Source: Myxococcales bacterium
GTDB taxonomy: Bacteria; Myxococcota_A; Polyangia; Fen-1088
Length of the DNA: 64,000 bases
Direction: 5' to 3'
Assembly (NCBI GenBank): GCA_003142855.1
Contig: PLNW01000092.1
Span: 11,826-75,825 of the forward strand
The first letter of the stretch is position 1. The number at the start of each line of letters is the position of its first letter. The notes under the pieces are model-generated. The model made no database searches. It had not been told where the DNA came from and saw only the letters and a program-made list of their open reading frames with translations. A program made the position numbers and the translations under genes. Shown here piece after piece: positions 32,218-42,746 of this stretch.

Positions 32218-34584
32218 TCAGTACGTCCGCACCCGCAATCCGCCGCCAAAGCTGGCCACCCACACTTCGCCGGCTTTGTAGGGATTGAAGAAGACTCGCA
32301 TCGGGTGCGCAAAGGGATAGTCCGGGTCCGCAACGAATGTGGGGGACGCGGCAGAGAGATTGCTGGTGCTCCACAGTCCGTTGGTTTCGGTGGTCATGAA
32401 CATATGGTTCGGATTGCCTGGGTCGATGGTGCAGGATTCTACGTTGTAGTCTTCAGTGTCGCCCTGCCAAAGGTGCGTCCAGTGCTGGCCGCGATCAATG
32501 GTTCGATACAGCCCATTGGCGCCCGTCGGCCCCACGCCGCCAAACTGCTGGAACACGCCGACATACCAGGTCTGTTGCGCAGAATCGTTGGGGTCGATGA
32601 CGATGTCTTTGGTCCAGTAGTGCATGTTGGCATCAGAGCGGTCGAGCCAGGTCGTTCCGCCGTCGCTGCTGACGAAGACGCCTGAGGAATCGGTGAACCC
32701 AGTGGTGCGGTGCCCAGAATAGGTGGCCACCAGGGTGCCGTCCTTGAGCACGACGATGTTGTAAGGATGGCCCTCTGTGCGCGGCGGGCTGGTGAGTTTG
32801 CTCCAGGTCGCCGCTGCTCCTTGGTCGAGCTGGCTGGTGTAGAAGATGCCTCCTTGAGTGCTGTGCACCACGCTGGCGTACATGCTCTTGCCGTTGTTGG
32901 GATCGATGGCCAGGAAGATCACCGGATGGCCAAAGCTGTGCACGGTGGTCCAGTGGGCGCCCGCGTCTGTCGACTGCATGATGGCCCCGCTGCCGCTGTC
33001 AAGGGTGGCGTCCGTGAGCCGATAGCTCATGTACATGTCGTGGATCGATGATGTGGCCGCGTACATCACGCCCGAGGTGGGATGCAACACCGCCTGGTAG
33101 GTGGTGTTCAGCGAAAGGCCATTGTTGGACTCGCGCATCCAATGGACGCCCGCATCCGTGGAACGCACGCTCTTTATGTCGGTAATTGAGCCGAAGATCG
33201 AATTCGCCGCCCAAGTCAGCCACCAGCCCGAGGTCTGCTCCACGCCCGAGGTCCGGTAGGCTTTGCCCTTGGGGGTGACCGCGCCCTGGGGATTCTCGTC
33301 AAGTGGATTGACGTAGGCCTGGTGCCAGTGCGCGCCGCCATCGGAGGTGAGGTGCACGAACCCCATGTCGGTCATGACCACGCGGTTGGCGTCGGTCTTG
33401 AGCACGGCGAACCCTTCAGCGCACTCGCCGAAACCCCAGTTCTCATCTCCGCCGCTGCCCGACCAACCCGTGGCGATGTTGGCGTTGTTCGCAGTCTGGA
33501 AGACGTTCGACCAATGCGCCCCGGCGTCAGTGGTCTTGCAAACGCTCGGTGCCCCGGTCCCCGTGTCGGAACCGGCCAGGTAGGCGACGGTAATGTCGTC
33601 TTTGGCCATGCCGACGAACGCCGGGGCCTGGCCGGCAGGAAGATTCGCGGTGAGATCCGTCCAATTCGTTTCCCCGACATCCAGCCGATAGACTCCGATG
33701 GAGGCAGACCCGTACAGCTCGCAACCGGAGACGCCGGCCCACGCGTCGCCCGAGCCCGCGGTCACAGCGAAAAAGCGCGTGGTGGTCGCCGTCTTGGCCC
33801 CGGCGAATGACACAATCACTTCCCCACTCTTGATTCCGGCATGGGGCTGCAAAGCGAAACTGGCGCCATTGTTGGTCGAGACCAGCAGCCCATCGTTGGT
33901 CCCCACATAGATCGTGGTGCCATCCCAGAATGCGCCGCCCAGGATCACGCCAGCGCCGGAGTCTGCGGCGGTGTAGACAGAGGCCACTGTGGCGCCACCA
34001 TTACTTGAGAAATACAGGGTGCCGTAGTCGCCCACCAGCAGACGCTGCGTGCTCGTCGGATCTACTTCCAGGTAGAGCAGGTCAGTGGCATTTCCGGCCG
34101 CGAGCTTGAAGGTCGTGCCCCCATTGGTCGAAGCGAACAGCGTGGGCGATTCAGCCACCGACGGGATCCCGTACAGCGTGGGCGCGGCGGAGGTGAAACG
34201 TATCTGGGCGTTGGCCCCACCGCCCAGGGCACGAAAATCGATCGTCGTCCAGGTCGCGCCAAAGTCACTGGAATGGAAGACTGCACCCATGTCTGTCGAC
34301 ATGTAGATCTGCTGGTCGAATGGACTGATCTCGGGCACGAAGAGCGCGCCTCCGCCGCCGACGCCGCGCGATTGCCACGGTCCAGATGCGGTGGTGCCTG
34401 TCGACGTTCCGGTGGTGCCAGTCGTTCCGCCGGTTGGCGCGGTGCCACCGGTGCCAGAAGTTCCGCCGCTAGTGCCGTTCGTGGTTCCACCTGTCCCCGA
34501 CGGTGAGCCACGTCTCGAGCATGAACTACAGGCAGAAAAGCCCAGACACCACGCCAGGGCGGCGAAGACCGAGAACCGCTTCAT
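32218..34584 (-). CDS. Lipoprotein with about 10 BNR/Asp-box repeats (GH74-like or sialidase-fold glycoside hydrolase)
   Basis: 788 aa with lipobox LGFSACSS. Asp-boxes (S-x-D-x-G-x-T-W pattern) include SSDFGATW, STNGGTTF, SSNGGATV, STNNGASF, TTDAGAHW, TSDGGAHW, STDAGVHW, STDAGAHW, SSDGGTTW and TIDRGQHW. Confidence 0.75.
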   Translation of the reverse strand: MKRFSVFAALAWCLGFSACSSCSRRGSPSGTGGTTNGTSGGTSGTGGTAPTGGTTGTTGTSTGTTASGPWQSRGVGGGGALFVPEISPFDQQIYMSTDMGAVFHSSDFGATWTTIDFRALGGGANAQIRFTSAAPTLYGIPSVAESPTLFASTNGGTTFKLAAGNATDLLYLEVDPTSTQRLLVGDYGTLYFSSNGGATVASVYTAADSGAGVILGGAFWDGTTIYVGTNDGLLVSTNNGASFALQPHAGIKSGEVIVSFAGAKTATTTRFFAVTAGSGDAWAGVSGCELYGSASIGVYRLDVGETNWTDLTANLPAGQAPAFVGMAKDDITVAYLAGSDTGTGAPSVCKTTDAGAHWSNVFQTANNANIATGWSGSGGDENWGFGECAEGFAVLKTDANRVVMTDMGFVHLTSDGGAHWHQAYVNPLDENPQGAVTPKGKAYRTSGVEQTSGWWLTWAANSIFGSITDIKSVRSTDAGVHWMRESNNGLSLNTTYQAVLHPTSGVMYAATSSIHDMYMSYRLTDATLDSGSGAIMQSTDAGAHWTTVHSFGHPVIFLAIDPNNGKSMYASVVHSTQGGIFYTSQLDQGAAATWSKLTSPPRTEGHPYNIVVLKDGTLVATYSGHRTTGFTDSSGVFVSSDGGTTWLDRSDANMHYWTKDIVIDPNDSAQQTWYVGVFQQFGGVGPTGANGLYRTIDRGQHWTHLWQGDTEDYNVESCTIDPGNPNHMFMTTETNGLWSTSNLSAASPTFVADPDYPFAHPMRVFFNPYKAGEVWVASFGGGLRVRTY

Positions 34585-34781
34585 GAGAAATCCCCCTCTT
34601 CTGATGGTCTCACTGCTGGTCTTGCGAGCAAGCGGAATCGCTGCCCTGACCTTTATGGTCGCGCCGCATTCTGGTGGCGCACCGCTCGGATGGCTCGGAT
34701 GGCTTCACTGCGAGGGGCACGGGCAAGACGTGATACACTCCCCGCTTCGGTACCCCGGTAGACCACAGCCCTCCATGAAGG

Positions 34782-36245
34782 ATGAATGCAATGCAAACTG
34801 GACGGATTGAGATAGCGAAACTTCGCTTTGGCATCATGGCCGCTTTCGGGCTGTGGTACGCGGCGGCCGTGGGTGTTGGCTGCGGCTCAAACAACAACGG
34901 CCAGGCTCCGTCGGGTGGCACGATCCAGTCCACCACGGGTGGCGGCGCTGGCAACGCCGCGGCTGGCAGCGCAGGCAACGGCGCGGCCGGAAGCGCGGGC
35001 AACGGCGCGGCCGGAAGCGCGGGCAACGGTGCGGGTGGTGCCAGCACGTCTCCCACAACGGGCGGCTCCACAGAAAGCGGGACGGGTGGGGGCGCCGCGG
35101 GCGCCGCGGGCGCCGCAGGCAGTTCGGCAACTGGCGGGGCCAGCGCAACTGGTGGGGCCAGTGCAACTGGTGGCGTAGCTACTGGCGGGGTCAGCGCAAC
35201 AGGCGGCTCGGCTACCGGCGGGGCCAGTGTGGCCGGCGGTTCAGCCACCGGCGGCGCCAGCGCGAAAGGCGGTTCGGTCACTGGCGGCGCCAGCGTGGCC
35301 GGCGGCTCGGCTACTGGCGGCGCAACCAAGACAGGCGGGACCGTCAGTGGCGGAGCCGGCGCATCTAGTTCTGCAACTGGAGGGTCAGCCGCGGGGGGCA
35401 GCACGGGCGGAAGCCAAGGCGGGACCAGCAGCACGAGCGCAAGCAGCGGCGGATCCACGAGCACAGGGGCCTGCGCGCCTCGCGTGCTATCGCTGAGTTC
35501 CAACGCCACTGGCTCGGCCGCCGACACGGCCTACTCCCATGTCGAAGTGGACATGAAGACCGACTTGCCCATTGGAAACGCGGCGCGCACCGTCGAGTTC
35601 TGGGCCTACATCAAGACCACGGACTGGGTCGGCGAGATGAATGAGGTCTACTACATTGGCCCAGCAGCGAACGCCACATCAGCCTCGACATTCGGTCTCG
35701 ACTTCGGCACCAACGACGTAACAGGGAGCAAGACCAATCACGCGACGCTGAACCCATTTACCAATGGACTCAACGACGACACTGGCGCCGACCTCGGAAT
35801 CGACTCGTCGACCAACCAGTGGGTGCATGTCGCGATGACCTGGGATCAGAAGGCGCTGCTAACCTACGTCAACGGGCTCCCCAAGATCACGGACAACGCA
35901 ACGACTGCTATCCCGGTACTCAAGACCACCCAGTCGCTCCTGTACATTGGGTGCAACCCGACCAACAGTAACTGCTTCAATGGCGACTTTGCCGAGTTCC
36001 GCGTGTGGAACGTGGCCCGCAGCGCCGCGGACATCCTGGCCAACTACAAGAAGCCGATGGTGGGCAACGAAGCCGGCTTGGTCGGTTACTGGAAGTTCGA
36101 TGATGCCGCTAACGCAACCAGCGCGGCGGACTCCGTGACCACGACCGGGCACACCGCCCACCCCGGCACACTGAAAGCCACCACGACCGCACAGAACCCG
36201 ACCTTCGCCACGCCCAACCCGGCCGTGCCGATTACCTGTCCTTGA
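34782..36245 (+). CDS. Lipoprotein with a long Gly-rich repeat linker and a LamG (concanavalin-A-like lectin) domain
   Basis: 487 aa with lipobox AAVGVGCGS. The linker holds (GGSATGGAS)-type repeats. The LamG signature reads ..WVHVAMTWDQKALLTYVNG...GDFAEFRVWNVARSAADI. Confidence 0.75.
   Translation: MNAMQTGRIEIAKLRFGIMAAFGLWYAAAVGVGCGSNNNGQAPSGGTIQSTTGGGAGNAAAGSAGNGAAGSAGNGAAGSAGNGAGGASTSPTTGGSTESGTGGGAAGAAGAAGSSATGGASATGGASATGGVATGGVSATGGSATGGASVAGGSATGGASAKGGSVTGGASVAGGSATGGATKTGGTVSGGAGASSSATGGSAAGGSTGGSQGGTSSTSASSGGSTSTGACAPRVLSLSSNATGSAADTAYSHVEVDMKTDLPIGNAARTVEFWAYIKTTDWVGEMNEVYYIGPAANATSASTFGLDFGTNDVTGSKTNHATLNPFTNGLNDDTGADLGIDSSTNQWVHVAMTWDQKALLTYVNGLPKITDNATTAIPVLKTTQSLLYIGCNPTNSNCFNGDFAEFRVWNVARSAADILANYKKPMVGNEAGLVGYWKFDDAANATSAADSVTTTGHTAHPGTLKATTTAQNPTFATPNPAVPITCP
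34974..35035. repeat. 24-bp in-frame tandem repeat (about 2.5 units) encoding GNGAAGSA
   Basis: ggcaacggcgcggccggaagcgcg occurs twice, followed by ggcaacggtgcgggtgg. Confidence 0.75.
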
Positions 36246-36248
36246 TCT

Positions 36249-37298
36249 CTACCCCCAGCGAAACCAGCGCAGCCCCAGAACAAACGACACCACTCCCCAC
36301 GCGGCCAGCACGGCAAGATAGGGCAGCGTGCCCACCAGACCGGCGCCGTCGATGGTCACCGCGCGTATGCCGTCGCACATAGCGGTGAGAGGCAGCGCCT
36401 TGATCAAGGGGCGCGTGACATCGGGGAAATGCGTGGACGAGAAGAACACGCCCGAGAGCACGAACATGGGCAGCATCACCAGGTTCATCAGGCCGCTCAC
36501 CGTCTGCATGTTCTGCGCGCGCGACGAGACCAGGATGGCGATAGCCGCGAAGCTGGCGCTGCCAGCCAGGCTGACCAGGCCCAGCGCCGCGTATGAGCCG
36601 GCCACCTGCACGCCGAACGCCAGGCGCGCGAACAGCAGAATCACCACCATCTCGAACGGGATCACCATCAGGCGCGACAGACCGAAGGCAAACAACAAGT
36701 GCCGCCGTCGCATGGGCGCGGCCAGCAAGCGCTTGAGCAACTTGCGCACGCGCATCTCCACAATCACCCAGCCGATGCCCCACATGGATCCCGACATGAG
36801 ATTCATGGCCAGCAGGCCCGGGATCAGGAAATCGATGTAGCGCGAGCCGGGCTCGTGTACTTCCTGATCGCGCACCACCAGGGCATCCTGGCGACCTGCG
36901 GCCTTCTGCAAGATGGCGTCGACGGTGCTGCGAGCCAGGCGCGCCTCGGGCCGCACGGGATCGAAACGATAGCTCAAGGGCTGGCCCGGCTGCGCGGGCG
37001 GCACCAGCACCACCGCCACTTGACCCGAACGCAGGGCGGCCTTGGCCGCCGCTTCGTCCAACAGCTCAACTTGCACGCCGCCTTTCGCGAGCGCCTCGCG
37101 CGACTGCGCAGAAATCCCGGGCAATACGCCGGCCACCACCGGCTCGGGGCCCTTCACGCGAAAAGCGATGCCCAGCGCCACCGAGAGCAGAACCGGAAAT
37201 CCGAAGGTCCAGAACAGCGCCCCTGGCTCGCGCATCATCTCGCGCAAGCGCATCAGTGTGAGCTGCACCACCGGACGCGGACGTCGCAGCTCAGTCAT
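36249..37298 (-). CDS. ABC-2 type transporter permease
   Basis: 349 aa. One N-terminal TM segment is followed by an extracytoplasmic loop of about 150 aa and then 5 further TM segments, the typical ABC-2 layout. It overlaps the ATPase gene by 8 nt. Confidence 0.85.
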   Translation of the reverse strand: MTELRRPRPVVQLTLMRLREMMREPGALFWTFGFPVLLSVALGIAFRVKGPEPVVAGVLPGISAQSREALAKGGVQVELLDEAAAKAALRSGQVAVVLVPPAQPGQPLSYRFDPVRPEARLARSTVDAILQKAAGRQDALVVRDQEVHEPGSRYIDFLIPGLLAMNLMSGSMWGIGWVIVEMRVRKLLKRLLAAPMRRRHLLFAFGLSRLMVIPFEMVVILLFARLAFGVQVAGSYAALGLVSLAGSASFAAIAILVSSRAQNMQTVSGLMNLVMLPMFVLSGVFFSSTHFPDVTRPLIKALPLTAMCDGIRAVTIDGAGLVGTLPYLAVLAAWGVVSFVLGLRWFRWG

Positions 37299-38337
37299 CG
37301 TGCAAGGCCCTTCCGGTCAGCGAAACGAACACGTCTTCCAGCGTGGCCTTGCGTGTTCCCAGGCGCAGTAGGTGCTGCCCGCGCTCTTGCAGCAGCGTGC
37401 GCAGCGCCGGCACCGCGCGCTCAGGCTCGACCGCAGCCAAGGCCCACACACCCTCGCCCGACAAGTGCACCTCGGTCACCGTGGGCAGAGCGCGCAGGGT
37501 GGCCTCATCGAGCGCGCCCGGTCCGGCGCCCGTCTCCAGCTCCAGCTCGACCACATGCTCCGCGCCCAATCCGGCGATCAGCTCGGCCGGCGTGCCCAGC
37601 CGGATGAGTCGTCCTCGATCCAAGATGGCCACCCGGTCGCATAGACGCTGGGCCTCTTCCATATAATGTGTAGTCAGCACCACCGTGCCGCCGCGGGCGC
37701 GGTAGGCAGCCACCAGCCCCCAGATCTGGCGGCGCGACTGTGGGTCCAGGCCTGTGGTGGGCTCGTCGAGAAACAGGATCTCCGGCTCGGCCACCAGCGC
37801 GCAAGCAATGGCCAGCCGCTGCTTCTGACCGCCTGACAGCTTGACCACCCAGGCCCGCCGTTTTTCCTCCAACTGCACGTCCGCCAGCAGCGCCTCCAGC
37901 GGACGCGGTCGCTGATAGAAGCTGCGGAACAGAGTCAGCACCTCATCCACGGTCAGCTTCTCGGGCAGGCGCGTCTCCTGCAGGGCCACGCCCAGCCGCT
38001 CGCGCAGCCGGCTCTCGTCGTGGGCCCAGTCCATTCCCAGCAACTTCACCTCGCCGCTGGTGGGTGCAAGCAGCCCCTCCAACATCTCCACCGTGGTGGT
38101 CTTGCCGGAACCGTTGGGGCCGAGCAGCCCGAAACACTCGCCGCGGCGAATGGAAAGATCCAGGCCCTCCACGGCCAGCACTTCTCCTGCGCGCTTGCGC
38201 CCCGAACCCCGTCCCGCCTCGTAGACTTTGCGCAGGCCCCGGCACAAGACGGCCGGCTCAGCGTCGGGGGCAGCGGGGTTCACGGGGGTTGCTATAGCGT
38301 GGCCGGAGCAGCTGCGCCACCCGGGGTCTATGCACAA
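37291..38337 (-). CDS. ABC transporter ATP-binding protein
   Basis: Walker A GPNGSGKTT, signature LSGGQKQRL and Walker B ILFLDEPTTGLD are present. The start is uncertain. The ORF maximum begins at TTG 38337, with a GGAGG 9 nt upstream that lies inside the terminator hairpin. GTG 38283 is an alternative. Confidence 0.88.
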   Translation of the reverse strand: MCIDPGWRSCSGHAIATPVNPAAPDAEPAVLCRGLRKVYEAGRGSGRKRAGEVLAVEGLDLSIRRGECFGLLGPNGSGKTTTVEMLEGLLAPTSGEVKLLGMDWAHDESRLRERLGVALQETRLPEKLTVDEVLTLFRSFYQRPRPLEALLADVQLEEKRRAWVVKLSGGQKQRLAIACALVAEPEILFLDEPTTGLDPQSRRQIWGLVAAYRARGGTVVLTTHYMEEAQRLCDRVAILDRGRLIRLGTPAELIAGLGAEHVVELELETGAGPGALDEATLRALPTVTEVHLSGEGVWALAAVEPERAVPALRTLLQERGQHLLRLGTRKATLEDVFVSLTGRALHDD

Positions 38338-38339
38338 AG

Positions 38340-38369
38340 AAGAGGGCCTCCATTTCTGGAGGCCCTCTT
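38340..38369 (-). terminator. Rho-independent terminator downstream of the GH5/CBM gene
   Basis: A perfect 13-bp stem, AAGAGGGCCTCCA (38340-38352) with loop TTTC and TGGAGGCCCTCTT (38357-38369). On the minus-strand transcript it is followed by CUUCUUUGUG. Confidence 0.6.
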
Positions 38370-38388
38370 GCGATCTCGTCAGCCGAGA

Positions 38389-40716
38389 TTAGGGATTCAG
38401 CGCCTTGAGCTGAGTCTGCACCGGAACACCAATCGCATTCGGTGTCCCGCTGTAGTCCGCGATGATCTGCGGAAATCCACAGCCCCACTCGTCCACAATC
38501 CAAGCCCATGAGGTCCAGCTCATGCCGGCCCCCTCGAACTTGGTAATGTAGTTCGAGTAGATTGAAGCGTCGCAGGTGGTGGGAGCAACGTAGTTGCTCG
38601 ATATATTCGCCGTACCGAACTCCGTGGCGATGACCGGAAGGGTCGCGGCCGGCGTAAGGTACGCGGTAGCGCTATTCGAGTCTTTGAACGCGTAGGGGTG
38701 GGTTACATAGGCAATCGCACCCCCGGTAACGGGATTGGCCACGTAGTAGGAGATGTTGTACGTCCAGTCCGTGCCGCTCACGAGAATGAGATTATTCGCG
38801 CCCTTCGCACGGATGGCAGTAACCGTAGTTTGCATCCAGGTCTTCAGGCCAGCCGAATCTTGGGTTGGCTCGTTGTAGAGTTCGTAGATGATTCTTCCAT
38901 CTTGGAAGAATGGATCCGACGCAATCGAGGTCCAGAAGGTCGTGTGCGCCGCGGTGGGCACGCCGGAAGTGTCGAATGCCGTCCCCCCCGATACGTAGTG
39001 AAGGTCGAAGATGACGTCCATCCCCGCCTGTAGGATCCAATTGATCACGCGCTTGACTTCCTTTTGATACGCGCCTCCATTGCAGGTTGCGGCTCCGGTG
39101 GTGGCTCCACTCCAGAGCTTGTCCATCACGGCCAAGCGAACCGCATTGGCTTTCCAGGTCTTTATCCGCTGGATGTCTTCGCGTGTGATTCCAAATCCCG
39201 CGCAGTCCCATTCCATCGACGGGCGCACGAGCCCACGGATCTTGTAGGCCGCACCGTTGCGCTTGATCTGGTTGCCCGTGGTCGTCCACGTGACGGTCGC
39301 GGCGGGAGTGGTCGGGGCTGGCTCGGTCAAGAAATGGACGTCATCGATGTTGCAGTCAAAGGCGTTGGCGGCTGGAGAACCGGTGCGCGGGCTCAAGGGA
39401 TTCACGTGGATCTGGAAGGCCATCAGCTTGGTCTTGTCCACACCGGTGCCAAATGTCGTCCCATTGGGATCCTGCAATACTTCGGTGAAGTAGAGCTTGT
39501 AGTAGGTCCAATTCTTTGTGATGACGGCGTTCTTGACCCCGTACTGATTGCAGGTGTTGGCCGAGTAGCTGCACGGGCTTGCGACGATGGATGAGTCTAT
39601 GTCGGCGTCCTGCACGGCATCGACCGTCTTGGTGAAGGCGAACTGAAGATCGGCATTGCACTTGGCCCAGAAGCCAACACCCGTGTACTTGGAGGCATTG
39701 TAGGCCAGCTTCTTCTTGGTGCCCGCGGTTCGGGCCATGAAGTCGATGCCAAAGCCAGCGTAGGAACCCGTACCGGCCTTGCCGGGTGAGGAAACTCGAA
39801 GCGAACCCTTGCTGCTGCAAGGTCCATGCTGGGTCGTATCGACTGCGAAGTGATTCGCGGCGTTCTGGGGATTCACGATGCTTGGCGTTTGCGTCATGTT
39901 GTACTGGTCATTGACATCGTCCACAGCGTACGCGTACCAAGGTTGTGCGCCGGCACCGCGTCCGTCTTGCACGTACTGATAGAGCGAATCCGTCTCGAAA
40001 TCCGAGATGACGTTGATCGCGGGAATGGAGACAGTGCCGTAGACCGGATCCGTGCAGCTCAATGCCGTTGCCGAGACAGTGCTTCCAGCCGTCCCGGAGA
40101 CTCCGCCAGTGCTCGAACTGCCGCCGGAACTTACGGCACCACCAGTCGCTGCGCCTCCCGTTGCCGCTCCACCTGTCGCGGAGCCGCCGCTCGTACGCGT
40201 ACCACCTTGAATCACTCCACCGGTCGCGACGCCGCCGGTATTGGGCGAACCGCCCGGACTCGTTCCCCCGATCGGTGAGCCGCCGCTCGCACGCGTACCA
40301 GCTTGAATCACCCCACCGGTCGCGGCGCCGCCGGTATTGGGCGAACCAGCTTGGTTGGATCCGCCCGTGGAGGAGCCACCTGTGCTGGGTGAACCGGCCT
40401 GGCTCGATCCCGCCATGGGGGAACCGCCGACATTGGAGGAGCCGCCTTGGTTCGCTCCTCCCGTGGCAGGCGAACCACCCTGGGCGGAACTTCCACCAAC
40501 GGCAGTCGTTCCACCGGGATTTGGATTGCTACCCGGCGCGATGGATCCGCCTTGCGCGGGGTTTCCGGCCGCCGCGCCGGCGGAGCTCGACGTTCCACCA
40601 GTAGATCCTGTGTTCTTGTTGCTGCTCGGCGCGCATCCGAAGGCCAAGAACACGAAAGAAAGTCCACAGGCTGCACTGGCGCATAACTTGGAACGATGAG
40701 GTGTGAGATTTCGCAT
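38389..40716 (-). CDS. Lipoprotein GH5 endoglucanase with a Gly-rich linker and a CBM-like beta-sandwich domain
   Basis: Start ATG 40716 (MRNLTPHRSKLCASAACGLSFVFLAFGCAPS) has an AGGAGCG SD. The linker has duplicated ..SPNTGG[AV]ATGGVIQ[AG]GTR[AT]SGGS... A putative CBM of about 230 aa follows. The GH5 part has YELYNEPT and VIATEFGT. Confidence 0.8.
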   Translation of the reverse strand: MRNLTPHRSKLCASAACGLSFVFLAFGCAPSSNKNTGSTGGTSSSAGAAAGNPAQGGSIAPGSNPNPGGTTAVGGSSAQGGSPATGGANQGGSSNVGGSPMAGSSQAGSPSTGGSSTGGSNQAGSPNTGGAATGGVIQAGTRASGGSPIGGTSPGGSPNTGGVATGGVIQGGTRTSGGSATGGAATGGAATGGAVSSGGSSSTGGVSGTAGSTVSATALSCTDPVYGTVSIPAINVISDFETDSLYQYVQDGRGAGAQPWYAYAVDDVNDQYNMTQTPSIVNPQNAANHFAVDTTQHGPCSSKGSLRVSSPGKAGTGSYAGFGIDFMARTAGTKKKLAYNASKYTGVGFWAKCNADLQFAFTKTVDAVQDADIDSSIVASPCSYSANTCNQYGVKNAVITKNWTYYKLYFTEVLQDPNGTTFGTGVDKTKLMAFQIHVNPLSPRTGSPAANAFDCNIDDVHFLTEPAPTTPAATVTWTTTGNQIKRNGAAYKIRGLVRPSMEWDCAGFGITREDIQRIKTWKANAVRLAVMDKLWSGATTGAATCNGGAYQKEVKRVINWILQAGMDVIFDLHYVSGGTAFDTSGVPTAAHTTFWTSIASDPFFQDGRIIYELYNEPTQDSAGLKTWMQTTVTAIRAKGANNLILVSGTDWTYNISYYVANPVTGGAIAYVTHPYAFKDSNSATAYLTPAATLPVIATEFGTANISSNYVAPTTCDASIYSNYITKFEGAGMSWTSWAWIVDEWGCGFPQIIADYSGTPNAIGVPVQTQLKALNP

Positions 40717-40875
40717 GATTCGCTCCTGTGCTGTGATCCTTCCAGGCTGAAACGGGTATCGACTAGTCACGCTAACCCGCGAGCAGCACAGATGTGGAAG
40801 TTTTCCCCACACGAATCCCGCCCGTGCCCGGCGCGCCTCGGCATGACTGGATGCGTCGGAGAATCGGTTCGCCGC

Positions 40876-41700
40876 TCAGCGCGGGACCGATGGAGCGGGC
40901 TGCGTGTAGAGCGAGACAACCTCGGCCGCTGTGAGCGCGCGCTGGTAGATCACGATGTCATCGAGATCCCCGACAAAGTACCGCCCGCCCTGCGACCAGG
41001 TGCCCAAGTAGAGGGCGTCGTTGCCCGGCAGAATAAGGTTCGCAACCGCGTTCGCCTCCGACTGGACGCCGTTCTCGTAGAACAAGATCTGCTTCGCACT
41101 GTCGTCCACAACAGCGACAACGTGCGTCCATAGGCCCGCTTCGACACCACTGGCCTCGGCATATTCGTAGTGCCACGGCATCGCATCGACCGGGTTCGGA
41201 TATGCGAAGTTGTACTTCCAGATCTGCGGCTCGAAGTGCGACCCAGGGAACCAGACGTCCATTTCCCAACCACCGGTCTTGGGAATTTCGGTGCTGATAA
41301 GGGTAACGTAGGTATCGGGGTTATTGGGGTCACTACCGCTGCCCGAGGCAGGAGGAGAAGATGCCCAGGCGCCGGGACGCGCCCAGAGCGCTACGCTCCA
41401 ACTGGGAGTCGCCTCGGAGAACGTCCCCCCCCAAACTACTGAATTCCCCGACTCGAAATGGAGTGCATTGCCAAAGCGGCCGGGGGTTGGCGTAGCGCCG
41501 AGGATGGTGCCGTCATTCGTGTGGCCCGAATCATCCAGGAGCATGCCGTCCTTCAGGTTGTCGCAAGACCAATACGCGACCATGTCCTGTCTAAGACTGT
41601 TGGGCGCCAGGCCCACAACGTCGAGTCGTCCCTGTGAACAGCTGGTCAGCACCAGCGCCAGCGGAACAAATGTTCGATGCGATGCCATCGCTAGAGCCAC
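40876..41700 (-). CDS. LamG-domain lipoprotein
   Basis: 274 aa with lipobox LALVLTSCSQ. It reads ..DDSGHTNDGTILGATPTPGRFGNALHF...WTHVVAVVDD...GDLDDIVIYQRALTAAEV. It overlaps the upstream gene by 10 nt. Confidence 0.7.
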   Translation of the reverse strand: MALAMASHRTFVPLALVLTSCSQGRLDVVGLAPNSLRQDMVAYWSCDNLKDGMLLDDSGHTNDGTILGATPTPGRFGNALHFESGNSVVWGGTFSEATPSWSVALWARPGAWASSPPASGSGSDPNNPDTYVTLISTEIPKTGGWEMDVWFPGSHFEPQIWKYNFAYPNPVDAMPWHYEYAEASGVEAGLWTHVVAVVDDSAKQILFYENGVQSEANAVANLILPGNDALYLGTWSQGGRYFVGDLDDIVIYQRALTAAEVVSLYTQPAPSVPR

Positions 41701-42746
41701 GCAATCAAGGTTAGGCTAGGCAGCAGGTCCGGGTGCCCCGAGGTCGCTGCCTGAGCACTAGGAAACCCACCAAGAAACCGGACCACCGGATAGGGCTGGG
41801 CCAGCTGCGCGTGGACCTCGATGGCCAACTCAAAGTGGTGAACCAGCGACAAGCGAAGTCCAGCACCCGCGTCAGCGAGAAAGGCCCAGCGCCCCGCGGT
41901 CTTACCTTGGTAGTCACTCGAGGACGCCCGGCCTTCGGCCGAGGTGTGCTGAGCGCCTGCGCCCAAGGAGAAGAACGGCTGCAAGCGCTGACGCGGCCGC
42001 AGCCGAACCCCGGCCTCGATCAGCCCGTACTGCTCTGCCAGATCGGCCCATCCCGACGAGGCCTGGACGCGGGCTCGAGTCCCGAGGCCAGCCGCGGTAG
42101 CCCGCATGAGGACGTAGGAGCCCAGCGCCAGGTCGAGCCGAACCATGGGGAGCAGCGCCGGGCCTACGCCGTCGAAGCTGGCGACCCCGCTGCCGCCAAC
42201 TTCGATTGCCCAGCGCGAATCTCGACGCGAATCGAGTGCTCGGTCGACGAAGCGAGTCACTGCCACGGGCGGCGGCTTGGCTACAACAACGAGCTCACCG
42301 CTGCCGGCCATGGCGATTTCCAGCAGGCTGGCCCGCAGAAGCTCGATCGCCCGGATGGCCAGAATCTCTGCCGCGCGATTGGATTCGGGCTGGTTGGGAA
42401 TGCGCCTGACCACCGACTTGCCAGTCACCCGGTCGATGACCCACACCTCGACCGAGCCCGGCGACACATCGCCGAGAAGCGCGACCACCGCGTCGACGTT
42501 GTTCCCGCTCGCCGTCTGTTCCAACGATGCGCGCGGGTCAGCCCCGGGTGTGCTGGCTGTGATCTGCACGTCAAACCCCGCTGACACCAACTCGCCGTGC
42601 ATGCGCACCAACGCCTCGGCCGTGACTGCCTTGGGATTCGCCGGTCGCACCAGGATGACCGTCGCGCCCCAGCCCGCCGGTGCTGCCAGGGTCGCGACCA
42701 GCGCCAGGCCCGCAGCCCATACTCGCCTCAAGACGATCGCGTTCAC
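41691..42746 (-). CDS. Secreted protein of unknown function; the C-terminal half shows beta-barrel-like alternating patterns
   Basis: 351 aa with a signal peptide MNAIVLRRVWAAGLALVATLAAPAGWG. The C-terminal half has amphipathic strands (PFFSLGAGAQHT, AFLADAGAGLRLSL, FELAIEVHAQLA). An ATGA overlap links it to the FecR gene. Confidence 0.55.
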   Translation of the reverse strand: MNAIVLRRVWAAGLALVATLAAPAGWGATVILVRPANPKAVTAEALVRMHGELVSAGFDVQITASTPGADPRASLEQTASGNNVDAVVALLGDVSPGSVEVWVIDRVTGKSVVRRIPNQPESNRAAEILAIRAIELLRASLLEIAMAGSGELVVVAKPPPVAVTRFVDRALDSRRDSRWAIEVGGSGVASFDGVGPALLPMVRLDLALGSYVLMRATAAGLGTRARVQASSGWADLAEQYGLIEAGVRLRPRQRLQPFFSLGAGAQHTSAEGRASSSDYQGKTAGRWAFLADAGAGLRLSLVHHFELAIEVHAQLAQPYPVVRFLGGFPSAQAATSGHPDLLPSLTLIAWL